56,136 nucleotides of DNA from a virus (lineage: Duplodnaviria > Caudoviricetes). The DNA is taken from IMG/VR virus record IMGVR_UViG_3300025848_000049, positions 1 through 56,136 of that record, one strand, 5' to 3'. The notes beneath the pieces are model-generated. The model worked only from the letters and a program-made list of their open reading frames with translations, was not told the DNA's origin and did no database searches. Both the position numbers and the translations under genes were made by a program. Numbering within the stretch: the first letter of the stretch is position 1; every line of letters starts with the position of its first letter. Below, piece by piece: positions 30,670-39,462 of the stretch.

Positions 30670-30750
30670 TCAATAATCTGACGCCACCCAGAGAAACCCA
30701 ATCCCCGCCAGAAGGACGGCAGCTATGAATATAAGCTCAGGATTCGCCAT
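30670..30750 (-). CDS. Tiny membrane peptide
   Basis: MANPELIFIAAVLLAGIGFLWVASDY, preceded by GGAG. Confidence 0.4.
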   Translation of the reverse strand: MANPELIFIAAVLLAGIGFLWVASDY

Positions 30751-30964
30751 TTGCTTGCTCCAACGCGGCTTCCAATTCCCTGATACGGGCGGCGAACTCC
30801 CACGCCTTTTCAGAAGCAACCTCTCGGCTGTGACGCTCTTCAGATAGCTCACGCTCCAAATCCTGTATCCGTAGCCGGGCTTCACGGAGCTTTGCCATAG
30901 ACGCCAAATGGTTCTGATACAGCTTGCGGTTGCTTTCATTGGCTATATCGCCGCGCGTAGTCAT
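30737..30964 (-). CDS. Coiled-coil hypothetical protein
   Basis: ARIRELEAALE motif; G-rich RBS. Confidence 0.6.
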   Translation of the reverse strand: MTTRGDIANESNRKLYQNHLASMAKLREARLRIQDLERELSEERHSREVASEKAWEFAARIRELEAALEQANGES

Positions 30965-30996
30965 ATCACCCCCCTATATGCTATACTGGGAAAAAG

Positions 30997-31470
30997 GGGA
31001 CCCAAAGGGACCCCCTCGCCAAAGGGACCCATCAGGGGGACCCGTCCGCCTTCTTCTTCCGGGCCATCCTCCCCGCCCGGACAGCAAGCGCCTTATCAAG
31101 AGCAAAACTCCGCTTCTCCGGCGATACGTTTTGCCCGCCCTTCTTGCCCGCCCTACTGGCAAGGGACCTGTCCTTGCTAAAGCTCCTACTCTCCGGCCTA
31201 ACAGCCCTACCCCCCTTAGCCGCAATCAATCGCCGCTTCTCAGGGTCCATAGACGCAAAACCACGCCCACGGCCCTTACCACCACCCTTACCTGCATCAC
31301 TCATAGCTGTACCCCCGTGAGGGACCCAGTATGCTATAGCTCGGTGAATAGTCAAGCCCGGTGGGGACCCAAGGTTGAATTTTGGGGGGATTTCAGGAGA
31401 GGGGTTGGAACCTTAAACGGGGGGTGGCCTTCTATTAGCGGGGGGTTGGGTAGTTGGTTGTCGGGGACCC
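30997..31470 (+). repeat. Cluster of seven co-oriented GGGACCC heptamers (candidate packaging signal)
   Basis: Copies at 30997, 31007, 31024, 31037, 31321, 31364, 31464. Confidence 0.75.
31032..31304 (-). CDS. KGG-repeat general stress protein (Con-10/YciG-like)
   Basis: RGFASMDPEKRRLIAAKGG, SFSKDRSLASRAGKKGG repeats. Confidence 0.82.
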   Translation of the reverse strand: MSDAGKGGGKGRGRGFASMDPEKRRLIAAKGGRAVRPESRSFSKDRSLASRAGKKGGQNVSPEKRSFALDKALAVRAGRMARKKKADGSP

Positions 31471-31861
31471 TTTTGCGAACGCTTCTCATTTGCATCTGCC
31501 AAGGCCCCGCCCATGGTTAGCGCGGACGCGGCTGTGATCTTGCAAATGCATCTCATTCTCAACTAGCACAAGCGCTGCTTTAGCATGGCTCAGGCTGTGT
31601 TAAGCGCGGGCGAGGCTGTGCGGCGCTGCGCAGGCGAGATGCAGGCAGGATGAGGGCAGGCACAGGGGCGAGAGGTTGCCCAGATGGGCCGCGCATCTGG
31701 CACGGGGCTTGATGCGAGCCGTTCTCAATAGCGGCGGAACAAAACGTGAAAACGCGCAGGAGGCCATGCGCGCGACTTTTTGGGGCTGAGGTATAGGCGA
31801 GAGCCGCAGGGCGTCTGTGGGCTTCCTAGGGGCTTGCAGAGGCATGTCAAAAGGCTGACGC

Positions 31862-32530
31862 CTATTCCTGCCCTTTAGCCATGATGAGCATCCGTCGCAG
31901 GCTCTCCCTTTGCTCTGGATCAAGCTCGCGTGAGTCAATCACTGTGAGGTTGTTGTTAGTCACCTGCATCGCGTCAGGGCGCATATGCTCCGCATACTTC
32001 TTGGGCGCGATCTTGGCGATCATGCGCAGCCGCGTGTCAATCCTGAGCTTAGCCCTCTGCACGGCGACGTTATTGGCTGATCCGTCCGGGTTCACGTCCT
32101 GCGAGGCGTCGTCTGCAATGTCCAGACACTCGCTGAACCATGTATCTGCTGCGCTTTCATGCGCGCGCGAGTAATCCGCGAGAAAGTCGGGGCTTTCTCT
32201 TATCCACCTCCAAACCGTGCTGATATGCGGGAGGCTTGGCTGCGTCTCGCATATGCGCGTCAGTGGCACGCCCTCAGCCAATAGAGTGCAGATCAATTCC
32301 CTATCCTCATCCGTCATCTCTCTGGGGGGTCTGCCCATCCTTGCAGGGAGATTGTCTAGGCTTACCTTAGCAAGAGCTTTCTCTGTTCTCTGCGCCCAAG
32401 CAAGAGTCTCCTCCTCTGCCTGTGCGATCCTTCTCTCCTCGCGTCTCTCTGCAATCTCCTCTGGGCTGGGCTTCTTGCCCTTGGCCTTCTTGCCCTCGCC
32501 CTCGCCAGATGATGCAGCCGCCGCAGACAT
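31862..32530 (-). CDS. terS: Terminase small subunit
   Basis: GRP...ICTLLAEG..L..IC....P...TV.RW...F...Y..A...RAKLRIDTR....KIAPKKY (Sf6-like TerS). Confidence 0.88.
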   Translation of the reverse strand: MSAAAASSGEGEGKKAKGKKPSPEEIAERREERRIAQAEEETLAWAQRTEKALAKVSLDNLPARMGRPPREMTDEDRELICTLLAEGVPLTRICETQPSLPHISTVWRWIRESPDFLADYSRAHESAADTWFSECLDIADDASQDVNPDGSANNVAVQRAKLRIDTRLRMIAKIAPKKYAEHMRPDAMQVTNNNLTVIDSRELDPEQRESLRRMLIMAKGQE

Positions 32531-32678
32531 AAGCTCGCCCCCGTGAATCCTTGCAGATCAGCACTATAGCACAGCGCGCCCCTCTCTCTCATGGCGGAGT
32601 TGTCATGCAGGCCATGATTTGTTACTGTGTTCACGGGGCACTACCCCCTGCTATACCTTAACAATAGGATGAAATAAC

Positions 32679-33587
32679 ATGCTCAACCTCAACGTGAATG
32701 TGCGCCCTCTCTGCGCTCTCTCCTCTCGCGCCATGCTCGCGGGGCTGCGTCTCTCTGTATGGTCTGCGCGCCGGATTGATCGCCGCGTGACAGATCAAGT
32801 GAACGCCCAGCAAGGCGCAGCCGCAGACGCGGGGCGATATAACAAGGCGCTCCTCGCCAAGGATGCCCTCGCCCAGATCAACGCAGCCGTTAATGAGGCG
32901 CGCAGCCTCCACTATTCGCGGACCCTCCCATGGCTGGATGACGGCGCGCGGCTCCTTCCTGCAAAAGCTCACCTTGACTATTCGCGCGAGCTTGCCCGGA
33001 TCAAATGCGATTTTGACGTGGCAGTAGATGAATTCGTCGCGACCTATCCCTCATATGTCGCAGACGCCCAGCGCCGCCTCGGCGCAATGTTCAATCCAGA
33101 GGACTATCCGGCCCCGGATCAGGTACGCGCTAAATTCGCGTTCGCCTCGCGTCTCCTCCCTGTGCCAGATGCAGCCGATTTTCGGGTTGATGTGGGCGAT
33201 GCGGCTGCGGCTGAGATCAAGGCGCAGATTGAACAGGCGACGCAGGACGCCCTGCGCGCCGCAACGCGCGACGTTTGGGAACGGATCGCAGAGGTTGTCG
33301 GGCGCATGGCGGAACGCCTGCGCGCCTATCAGCCCCCGCAGCGCCCCGGCGACAGAGTTGAGGGCATATTCCGCGACTCCCTTGTGGAGAACGTGCGCGA
33401 CCTCTGCGCCCTTTTGCCCTCGCTCAACCTCACAGGCGACGTTGATCTGGCGAGGATCGCAGACGCCATGCAGCGCGACCTCTGCGCCCATGATGCAGAT
33501 GAATTGCGCCAGTGGGATCAGGCGCGAGAGGACACAGCCGCGCGCGCTGAGGCGATCCTTGCTGACGTGAAGGATTTTCTCGCCTGA
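32679..33587 (+). CDS. DUF3150-like helical protein
   Basis: LSVWSARRID, RTLPW...GARLLP, FNPEDYP, DFRVD, FRDSLVEN motifs; first gene of the AAA/vWA trio. Confidence 0.7.
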   Translation: MLNLNVNVRPLCALSSRAMLAGLRLSVWSARRIDRRVTDQVNAQQGAAADAGRYNKALLAKDALAQINAAVNEARSLHYSRTLPWLDDGARLLPAKAHLDYSRELARIKCDFDVAVDEFVATYPSYVADAQRRLGAMFNPEDYPAPDQVRAKFAFASRLLPVPDAADFRVDVGDAAAAEIKAQIEQATQDALRAATRDVWERIAEVVGRMAERLRAYQPPQRPGDRVEGIFRDSLVENVRDLCALLPSLNLTGDVDLARIADAMQRDLCAHDADELRQWDQAREDTAARAEAILADVKDFLA

Positions 33588-33639
33588 TCTGCGCTGCGAG
33601 CCCCAGCGCCTCGCGCGCTGGGGTTGTCGGGGCAGATCA
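33585..33639 (+). promoter_or_regulatory. Long intergenic hairpin
   Basis: tgatctgc...ccccagcgc / gcgctgggg...gcagatca. Confidence 0.5.
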
Positions 33640-33665
33640 GCCCATAACCTGATAAGGATAAGCTC

Positions 33666-34661
33666 ATGTTACATGCTCAACTCACAGAATCCCTCATCCA
33701 CCTCATGCGCGCCGACGTGCCCTCTTTTGTCTGGGGCGCGCCGGGCGTAGGTAAATCAGACGCGATCAAGGCTGCGTGCGCGGCTGAGGGGCGCGAGGTT
33801 GTGGAGGAACGCCTTTCTCAACTGGAGTCCATTGATCTGCGGGGCACGCCCACAGAGCGCGACGGGCGAGTCGTCTGGGCGCAGCCTACGTTCATTCAAC
33901 GCCTCTGGGCGATTCACGAGGCCGGAGGCCGGTCTGCGCTGTTTTTTGATGAGATGAATCAAGGGAGCCCCAGCACGCAGAGCGCCTGTTATCAGATCGT
34001 TCTGGACCGTCGCATAGGCGAGCATGTTCTGCCCCCGTCCTGTGTTGTGATAGCAGCCGGGAATCGCCTCAGCGACAAGGCGAGCGCCCAGCGCATGCCC
34101 TCAGCCCTCGCGAATAGATTCGCGCATCTTGATCTAGACTGCGACGCAGACTCATGGCGTCTCTGGGCGGATCGCGCGGGGCTCTCGCCCCTCATCTCTG
34201 CGTTCATTGCGTTCCGGCCTGAGCTTCTCCACAAGATGCCCCAGCAAGAGGCGCGCGCCTTTCCCTCGCCCCGCTCATGGGCACAGGTAAGCAAGATCGC
34301 AGACGCCCCAGACGCCCTGCGCCCTGCCCTTGTGCGCGCCCTCATTGGCGAGGAGGCCGCAGGCGAATTCGAGGCGTTTGTGCAGGTTTATCGCCGCCTG
34401 CCCTCCATTGACTCCATTATCGCCTCGCCAGAGGCCGCAGTGGTCCCTCAACCCCATGAACCTGCGCTCGCCTATGCGATCTGCGGGGCGCTCGCCCGCA
34501 AGGCGACGCGCAACAATTTCGGCGCGATTCTTACCTATGCGAATCGTCTGGACCGCGATTTTGCTGTGTTGCTCTCAACGGATGCGATTCGGCGCGATCC
34601 TGCGCTGCAAGAAACGGCTGCATATGTCGCGCACGTCACTCAGAACGGGGGGGCGCTGTGA
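33666..34661 (+). CDS. MoxR-family AAA+ ATPase
   Basis: WGAPGVGKS, LFFDEMN, AAGNR, ALANRF, PSPRSW. Confidence 0.9.
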   Translation: MLHAQLTESLIHLMRADVPSFVWGAPGVGKSDAIKAACAAEGREVVEERLSQLESIDLRGTPTERDGRVVWAQPTFIQRLWAIHEAGGRSALFFDEMNQGSPSTQSACYQIVLDRRIGEHVLPPSCVVIAAGNRLSDKASAQRMPSALANRFAHLDLDCDADSWRLWADRAGLSPLISAFIAFRPELLHKMPQQEARAFPSPRSWAQVSKIADAPDALRPALVRALIGEEAAGEFEAFVQVYRRLPSIDSIIASPEAAVVPQPHEPALAYAICGALARKATRNNFGAILTYANRLDRDFAVLLSTDAIRRDPALQETAAYVAHVTQNGGAL

Positions 34662-35866
34662 TGGACGCCCTCACAAGAATCAAGGGCGCGCGCAGCGCCC
34701 TCATCCTCTCGCAGCCTTTCTGGGGTTGTCTCAGCCTCAACCTGAAACTGCAGGAGCGCCCAGACATAGACACAGCCGCGACGGATGGAGAATCCCTGTT
34801 CTTCAATGCCGGATTCATCAATTCCCTGCGCGAGCGCGAGCTTGTGGGGTTGATCGCTCATGAGGTGGAACACGTCGCACGCCTGCATTGTTTCCGGCGG
34901 GGCACGCGAGATGCGCGCCTCTGGAACATTGCTTGCGATCTGGCGATCAATGAGGGGTTGCGAGCCGCAGGCTTTCATCTCCCGGAGGGCGCGCTGTTCA
35001 ACCCGAAATATCGGGGGCAAAGCGCAGAGGCGATTTACAAGGCGCTCGCCCGCGAGGAACAGAATCAGCGCCAGAAGGATCAGCAAGGGCAGGGCGCGCA
35101 AGCCCCCGGTTCGCAGGGGCAGCCTCAGCCGGGGCAGGCTCAGGGACAACCTCAGCCGGGGCAGGGGCAGGGCGCGCCTGATCCGGGGCGCTGCGGGGGC
35201 GTGCTCGACTCGCCCGCGCCACAGGGCGAGCGCGAGGCCGCAGAGGCGCGCGCACAGGCTCAGATCAGGCAGGCCGCAGCCGTCGCACGTCGCGCAGGCT
35301 CGCAGCCGGGAGCCGTCGCAGAGGCGCTGGGCGAGATCAGCCGGGGGCGCAACCCGTGGCGCGAGATTCTGCGCCGTTTCGCAGATCAATCCTCCCTGAA
35401 AGACACCTCATGGCTGCGGCGCTCGCGGCGCTCCTCCGGCGCTGTGATCCTGCCCTCTCAGGTGTCAATCGCCCCCGCGCATGTTGTCTGCGTTGTCGAC
35501 TCCTCCGGCTCAATGGATCGCAGCGCCTTGCGCGCCATTGTGGGCGAGTTGCAAGCTCTCCTTGATGAGCAAGCCGCAGATCAGATCAGCCTGATTCAAT
35601 GCGACACAGCCGTGCGACGGGTTGAGACGTATCAGCCGGGCGACGTGATAGATGGGCGCATGGAGGGGCGCGGGGGCACTGCGTTTGCGCCTGCGTTCGC
35701 CTATATCTCCAGAGAGATTCCAGACGCGAGCGCAATCCTTTACCTCACTGACCTTGATTGCGACTCATGGGGCGAGGAACCGGCCTGCCCCGTCCTGTGG
35801 GCCGCAACCGAGCGCCCCCGCCCCGTACCATGGGGCGAGGTTGTCGAGATTGACGCGCACGCCTGA
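34658..35866 (+). CDS. DUF2201-type putative metallopeptidase plus vWA domain protein
   Basis: TAATDG, HEVEH (HExxH), WNIACDLAIN; VDSSGSM MIDAS; GRGGTAF; YLTD. Confidence 0.88.
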   Translation: MMDALTRIKGARSALILSQPFWGCLSLNLKLQERPDIDTAATDGESLFFNAGFINSLRERELVGLIAHEVEHVARLHCFRRGTRDARLWNIACDLAINEGLRAAGFHLPEGALFNPKYRGQSAEAIYKALAREEQNQRQKDQQGQGAQAPGSQGQPQPGQAQGQPQPGQGQGAPDPGRCGGVLDSPAPQGEREAAEARAQAQIRQAAAVARRAGSQPGAVAEALGEISRGRNPWREILRRFADQSSLKDTSWLRRSRRSSGAVILPSQVSIAPAHVVCVVDSSGSMDRSALRAIVGELQALLDEQAADQISLIQCDTAVRRVETYQPGDVIDGRMEGRGGTAFAPAFAYISREIPDASAILYLTDLDCDSWGEEPACPVLWAATERPRPVPWGEVVEIDAHA

Positions 35867-35874
35867 GAGCCCCA

Positions 35875-35905
35875 GAGAGCCCCGCAGATCGCCTGCGGGG
35901 CTCTC
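35875..35905 (+). terminator. GC-rich hairpin after the vWA gene
   Basis: gagagccccgcag-atcgc-ctgcggggctctc; no U tract. Confidence 0.45.
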
Positions 35906-36185
35906 CTGCTATGCCCCCACAGGGGCGAGCCTCGCCCGGCCTCAGCGCCTCGCGCTGCGATCCTGAGAGCCTGCCCCTGAGAGCCCCAGCGCCCAGCGCA
36001 GCCCCCGTGCTGCGTTGCGCCCTGCGGCCCTGCGCCACTGAGCGCCCAGAGAAAGGTTGAGCTTATGCAAGCATGATCTGCGCTATGAGCGCAAGCTATA
36101 CAATGAGCGCGAGCTGTGCTATGAACATGGCCTGAGCCATTGCGCGTGCGTTCGCGCTTGCGTGCGCGTGGATTGAACCATTCAC

Positions 36186-36277
36186 TTGGTTGATTGGTTG
36201 GTTGGTTGCGCTTGGTTGGTTGGTTTACTTGGTTGGTTGGTTGGTTGGTTAAAATAACTTGGTTGGTTTGGTTGGTT
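36186..36277 (+). repeat. (TTGG)n tandem array, 16 units
   Basis: Direct reading; interrupted by short spacers. Confidence 0.95.
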
Positions 36278-36281
36278 ATTG

Positions 36282-36310
36282 TTGACTCATGGCAATTTGC
36301 CATGTATGGT
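36282..36310 (+). promoter_or_regulatory. Sigma70-type promoter with palindromic operator filling the spacer
   Basis: TTGACT-17-TATGGT; the spacer is CATGGCAA-T-TTGCCATG. Confidence 0.7.
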
Positions 36311-36348
36311 TGGTTTACGGTCCAATATACCGTAAGGGAGATAAACTC

Positions 36349-36528
36349 ATGTTTACGTATATCTGCTTCTATCGCGGCAAACAGATCACGGTTCAGGCGT
36401 TGCGGTCCTTTGACGCGCAGGAGAAAGCCGCCAAACTCTTTAAGGCTCGCAAGTCTTATGAAGTGACGGTTGTTCTCGCCGCCCGCCCAGATGGGTCTGA
36501 GGTTATCCATTCAACCGCTGGCGTATGA
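36349..36528 (+). CDS. Small hypothetical early protein
   Basis: GGGAG RBS; MFTYICFYRGK... Confidence 0.7.
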   Translation: MFTYICFYRGKQITVQALRSFDAQEKAAKLFKARKSYEVTVVLAARPDGSEVIHSTAGV

Positions 36529-36539
36529 GGGAGGGGGCA

Positions 36540-36827
36540 ATGAACAATTTACCCTTTAACATCGCAGACCTGTGCGGAATCATGATGAACGCCGCGCCAA
36601 AGCCGGAGCCCGAGCGCGTGAAATACGACAACCCTATCCAATGGACCGAAGAAGGCGACGGGACTTTCACCCTCACCTATTTTGGCAAGGTGGTTGGTTG
36701 GATGAACAAGACCAAACTGGACCGTCGCGAGGGTAACGCCTATCGCGCCGTGTCATTGCATGGAAACGTGCGCCTGTGTTGGTCACAGAACATGGCAAGG
36801 GATTGGTTGCTAGAGCAATACCACTAG
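36540..36827 (+). CDS. Hypothetical protein
   Basis: GAGG RBS; followed by a terminator. Confidence 0.6.
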   Translation: MNNLPFNIADLCGIMMNAAPKPEPERVKYDNPIQWTEEGDGTFTLTYFGKVVGWMNKTKLDRREGNAYRAVSLHGNVRLCWSQNMARDWLLEQYH

Positions 36828-36853
36828 CAGCCATGGTTGAGCGTGACAGACTT

Positions 36854-36875
36854 GGGGGCTTCGGCCCCCTTTTTT
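36854..36875 (+). terminator. Intrinsic terminator (UUCG loop)
   Basis: gggggc-ttcg-gccccc-tttttt. Confidence 0.85.
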
Positions 36876-37800
36876 ATTTCACGACCGACAACCTTGGACG
36901 CGGGTTATTGGCTTCGCGAATGAACACGTCATTCCAATCCTCGCCAGCAATGGTTGGGATCTTTACCTCCACCTTGCGCTTGAATTGAACCTCCAAACGG
37001 TTGGCAAGATGATACGCCTTGGCCTGACCCGTGAAGCTCGTGTCATTGTCACCAAACACAAACACTTCCTCGGCCACCTCCGGGGGCACCCACTTGGATA
37101 ATAAGTTGCCATTCACGCAAGCCCAGACTGGCATGTCAAACATAAGCGCGGCGCTAATGGCAGTCTCAATCCCTTCAGCCACGCCCATGCGGGCTTTGGC
37201 AGGGGCCAGCCGGATCGCGCAGCCATCTGGCAGCTTCCCCGGCATGACTTTCTTGGATGGTTCCACCTTGGCCTTGTTTCCGTCACGGTCAAGTAATGTG
37301 ATATGAACATTCACAGCCTTGTCTGTATGCGTGATGATCTTAGCCAGCATGGCTGGTTTGCGGTCATATTCTCTGATCGCATTAGACGGCCACAGACAGC
37401 CAACTCGTTGTGACAAGTATCGGTCCACCGGCCCGTCCAAAACGGGCGTCCTACCCCCCTCCCAAGCCCTGCGAATGGCATTGTATTGGTCCACCTCTGT
37501 CTGGTTGATTGGTTTACGTGTGTATTGCTGGTCAAGTCCCAGCAAAATTTCCATAGACTTGGCTATTTGGGAATATTCCTTACCTGTCACCCTCATGGCA
37601 AGGTTGAAGCCGTCACCAGCTCCGCATTGGTTGCAGATGAACCCGCCGTCCCCGTTCTGGTCGTCAAACCTGAAACGGTCCTTGCCATGACAGATCGGGC
37701 AAGGGCCGTGCTTGTTTACAAGAGCTTGAGCGTTTACTCCCAGCGCGGGCAGGATCAGACGCCATTGACCACGCGCCGCCAGCTTCAGGTCTTGGCTCAT
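36874..37800 (-). CDS. DNA primase (P4 alpha-type zinc-binding domain plus TOPRIM)
   Basis: HGPCPICHGKDRFRF...CNQCGAGDG; AEGIETA; GDND. Confidence 0.9.
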   Translation of the reverse strand: MSQDLKLAARGQWRLILPALGVNAQALVNKHGPCPICHGKDRFRFDDQNGDGGFICNQCGAGDGFNLAMRVTGKEYSQIAKSMEILLGLDQQYTRKPINQTEVDQYNAIRRAWEGGRTPVLDGPVDRYLSQRVGCLWPSNAIREYDRKPAMLAKIITHTDKAVNVHITLLDRDGNKAKVEPSKKVMPGKLPDGCAIRLAPAKARMGVAEGIETAISAALMFDMPVWACVNGNLLSKWVPPEVAEEVFVFGDNDTSFTGQAKAYHLANRLEVQFKRKVEVKIPTIAGEDWNDVFIREANNPRPRLSVVK

Positions 37801-39287
37801 GCAGCTTGCCCCGCTGCTTGCTGTTTCGCCTTGGCCTTAGCCTTCTTGATGTTGTAGTGCCTGACCCACGAGTCGACCTCGTATGTCACCGCTCTAGCGT
37901 GAACCTTCAGCAGTGACGTGTCAGGGCCAACCTTAAACTTGTCTTTATATGCCCAGTATGCCCAGCCGGGTTTGTATCCCCGAAGATGCGCGTGCAGGAG
38001 CAACTGGCTGTACCAGTCCTGCTTCTGTTCCATGGAATATTTCTCAATCTTTTGTTTTTTGCCCTTGGTGATCTCAAACAACTCGCCGTCATCCACTTCC
38101 ACGTTGGCGGTTGGCTTAGGCTCAAACCCGCAGGACGGGCAGACGCGCACCTTGGGCGGTTTCAGGAAAGCACAGGACGGGCACTCTTTCGGCAGGATCA
38201 CGCGCTTCTCAACGGTTGCCGTGTTCTTTTGGCCGTCATGGAGCTTTGCGTGATGAATGTCTGTGACAAACCCAAGCCGCAGCGTCGTGTCGCTATGGTC
38301 AAGGATAAGGCAGTGATCTTTACCCGGCGCAGTCCGCAATCCGCGTCCGATCATTTGCGTGTACAGGATTTCGGATTTGGTTGGCCGCGCCAGAATGATG
38401 CACCGCACGTCGGCGTCAAAGCCGGTCGTCAGCACGCCCACGTTGCAGATGATCTTTGTCTCGCCAGTTTTGAATCGCTCAAAAGTTTCTCTGCGATCCT
38501 CATTTGGCGTAAACCCATCCATGTACTCGGCTGTCACCCCGGCCTCTTGGAACCGGGTGCAGATATGGGCGGCATGAACACGATTGACCGCAAAACAAAT
38601 CGTCGGGCGGTTGTCAGCGCGTTTGAGCCACGTCGTCACGATGTCGGCCACAAGCGTTGACCTGTCCATAGCCCTAGCTAGACCTTGGATTTCATAATCC
38701 CCTGCCACGGTTTTGACCCCCGCCAGATCAGGATGGGCCGGGGCAAACGTGCGGAAGTCTGACAGGTCGCCAAGCCGAATAAGCTCCGAAGTCGTGGTTG
38801 CCACGATCAGATCGTCCCAGCGGCCCTTTGCTCCCATGCCCCTAGACCACGGCGTAGCGGTCAAGCCAATGAACGGCACATTGATCCATCGTGAATCCTT
38901 CATCCAATCATCGTACAGCTTGAACATGACATGGCACTCGTCCACGATCACCAGATCAGCGTCAGGGATCAGACGCCTCGCCAGCGTTTGGACCGAACAG
39001 ACCTGCACGGGCTGATCGCGGTCAGTGAGTTCGTGCGCGCCCTGCATGACGCCAACCTCAGTGATCCCGTTCTGACGGAAACGCTCGACAGTCTGGTCAA
39101 TCAGGCTAATGGCGGGCACGGTGAAGATCACGCGCTTGCTTTTCTCACGGGCCATGCGGACGATAGCAGCGGCGATCACGGTCTTACCGGCCCCAGTCGG
39201 AGCCTGAACCACGGGGCGCTTGCTCCCACGGCCAAGAGCGCGTTTCAGTTCGTCAATCGTATCTTTCTGGTATAGTCTAAGTTCCAT
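37797..39287 (-). CDS. SF2 DEAH helicase with zinc finger
   Basis: LRLYQ, APTGAGKT, DECH, TATP, QMIGRGLR, CPSC..CPSC. Confidence 0.92.
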   Translation of the reverse strand: MELRLYQKDTIDELKRALGRGSKRPVVQAPTGAGKTVIAAAIVRMAREKSKRVIFTVPAISLIDQTVERFRQNGITEVGVMQGAHELTDRDQPVQVCSVQTLARRLIPDADLVIVDECHVMFKLYDDWMKDSRWINVPFIGLTATPWSRGMGAKGRWDDLIVATTTSELIRLGDLSDFRTFAPAHPDLAGVKTVAGDYEIQGLARAMDRSTLVADIVTTWLKRADNRPTICFAVNRVHAAHICTRFQEAGVTAEYMDGFTPNEDRRETFERFKTGETKIICNVGVLTTGFDADVRCIILARPTKSEILYTQMIGRGLRTAPGKDHCLILDHSDTTLRLGFVTDIHHAKLHDGQKNTATVEKRVILPKECPSCAFLKPPKVRVCPSCGFEPKPTANVEVDDGELFEITKGKKQKIEKYSMEQKQDWYSQLLLHAHLRGYKPGWAYWAYKDKFKVGPDTSLLKVHARAVTYEVDSWVRHYNIKKAKAKAKQQAAGQAA

Positions 39288-39389
39288 TGTCTAGCTCCAG
39301 TCCTATATAGTACTCTACCTACTAATATTAGTTCCCTATCTGGCGAGGTATGACTCCGAGCAAGGTGATAGGTTCTCTTACAGGTTAGT

Positions 39390-39454
39390 GTCCGTAATAG
39401 AGACTAGGTAGTCCGTAATAGAGACTAGGGGGCCCTAGTCCGTAATAGAGACTA
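39390..39454. repeat. Three 17-bp iterons GTCCGTAATAGAGACTA (putative replication origin)
   Basis: Copies at 39390, 39411, 39438; AT-rich stretch at 39301-39340; between HTH initiator and helicase. Confidence 0.8.
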
Positions 39455-39462
39455 CCCCCCTG

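Noticed and set aside
31600-31938. 112-aa minus ORF downstream of terS
   Set aside because: Overlaps the terS end, no clear RBS or motif; region treated as non-coding
35740-36510. ORFs crossing the TTGG array (NQPT-rich on minus, LVGW-rich on plus)
   Set aside because: Translations of a simple repeat, overlapping real genes and a promoter
39390-39454. Three direct repeats as a mini-CRISPR
   Set aside because: 17-bp repeats with only 4 and 10 bp between them, no cas genes; context fits iterons
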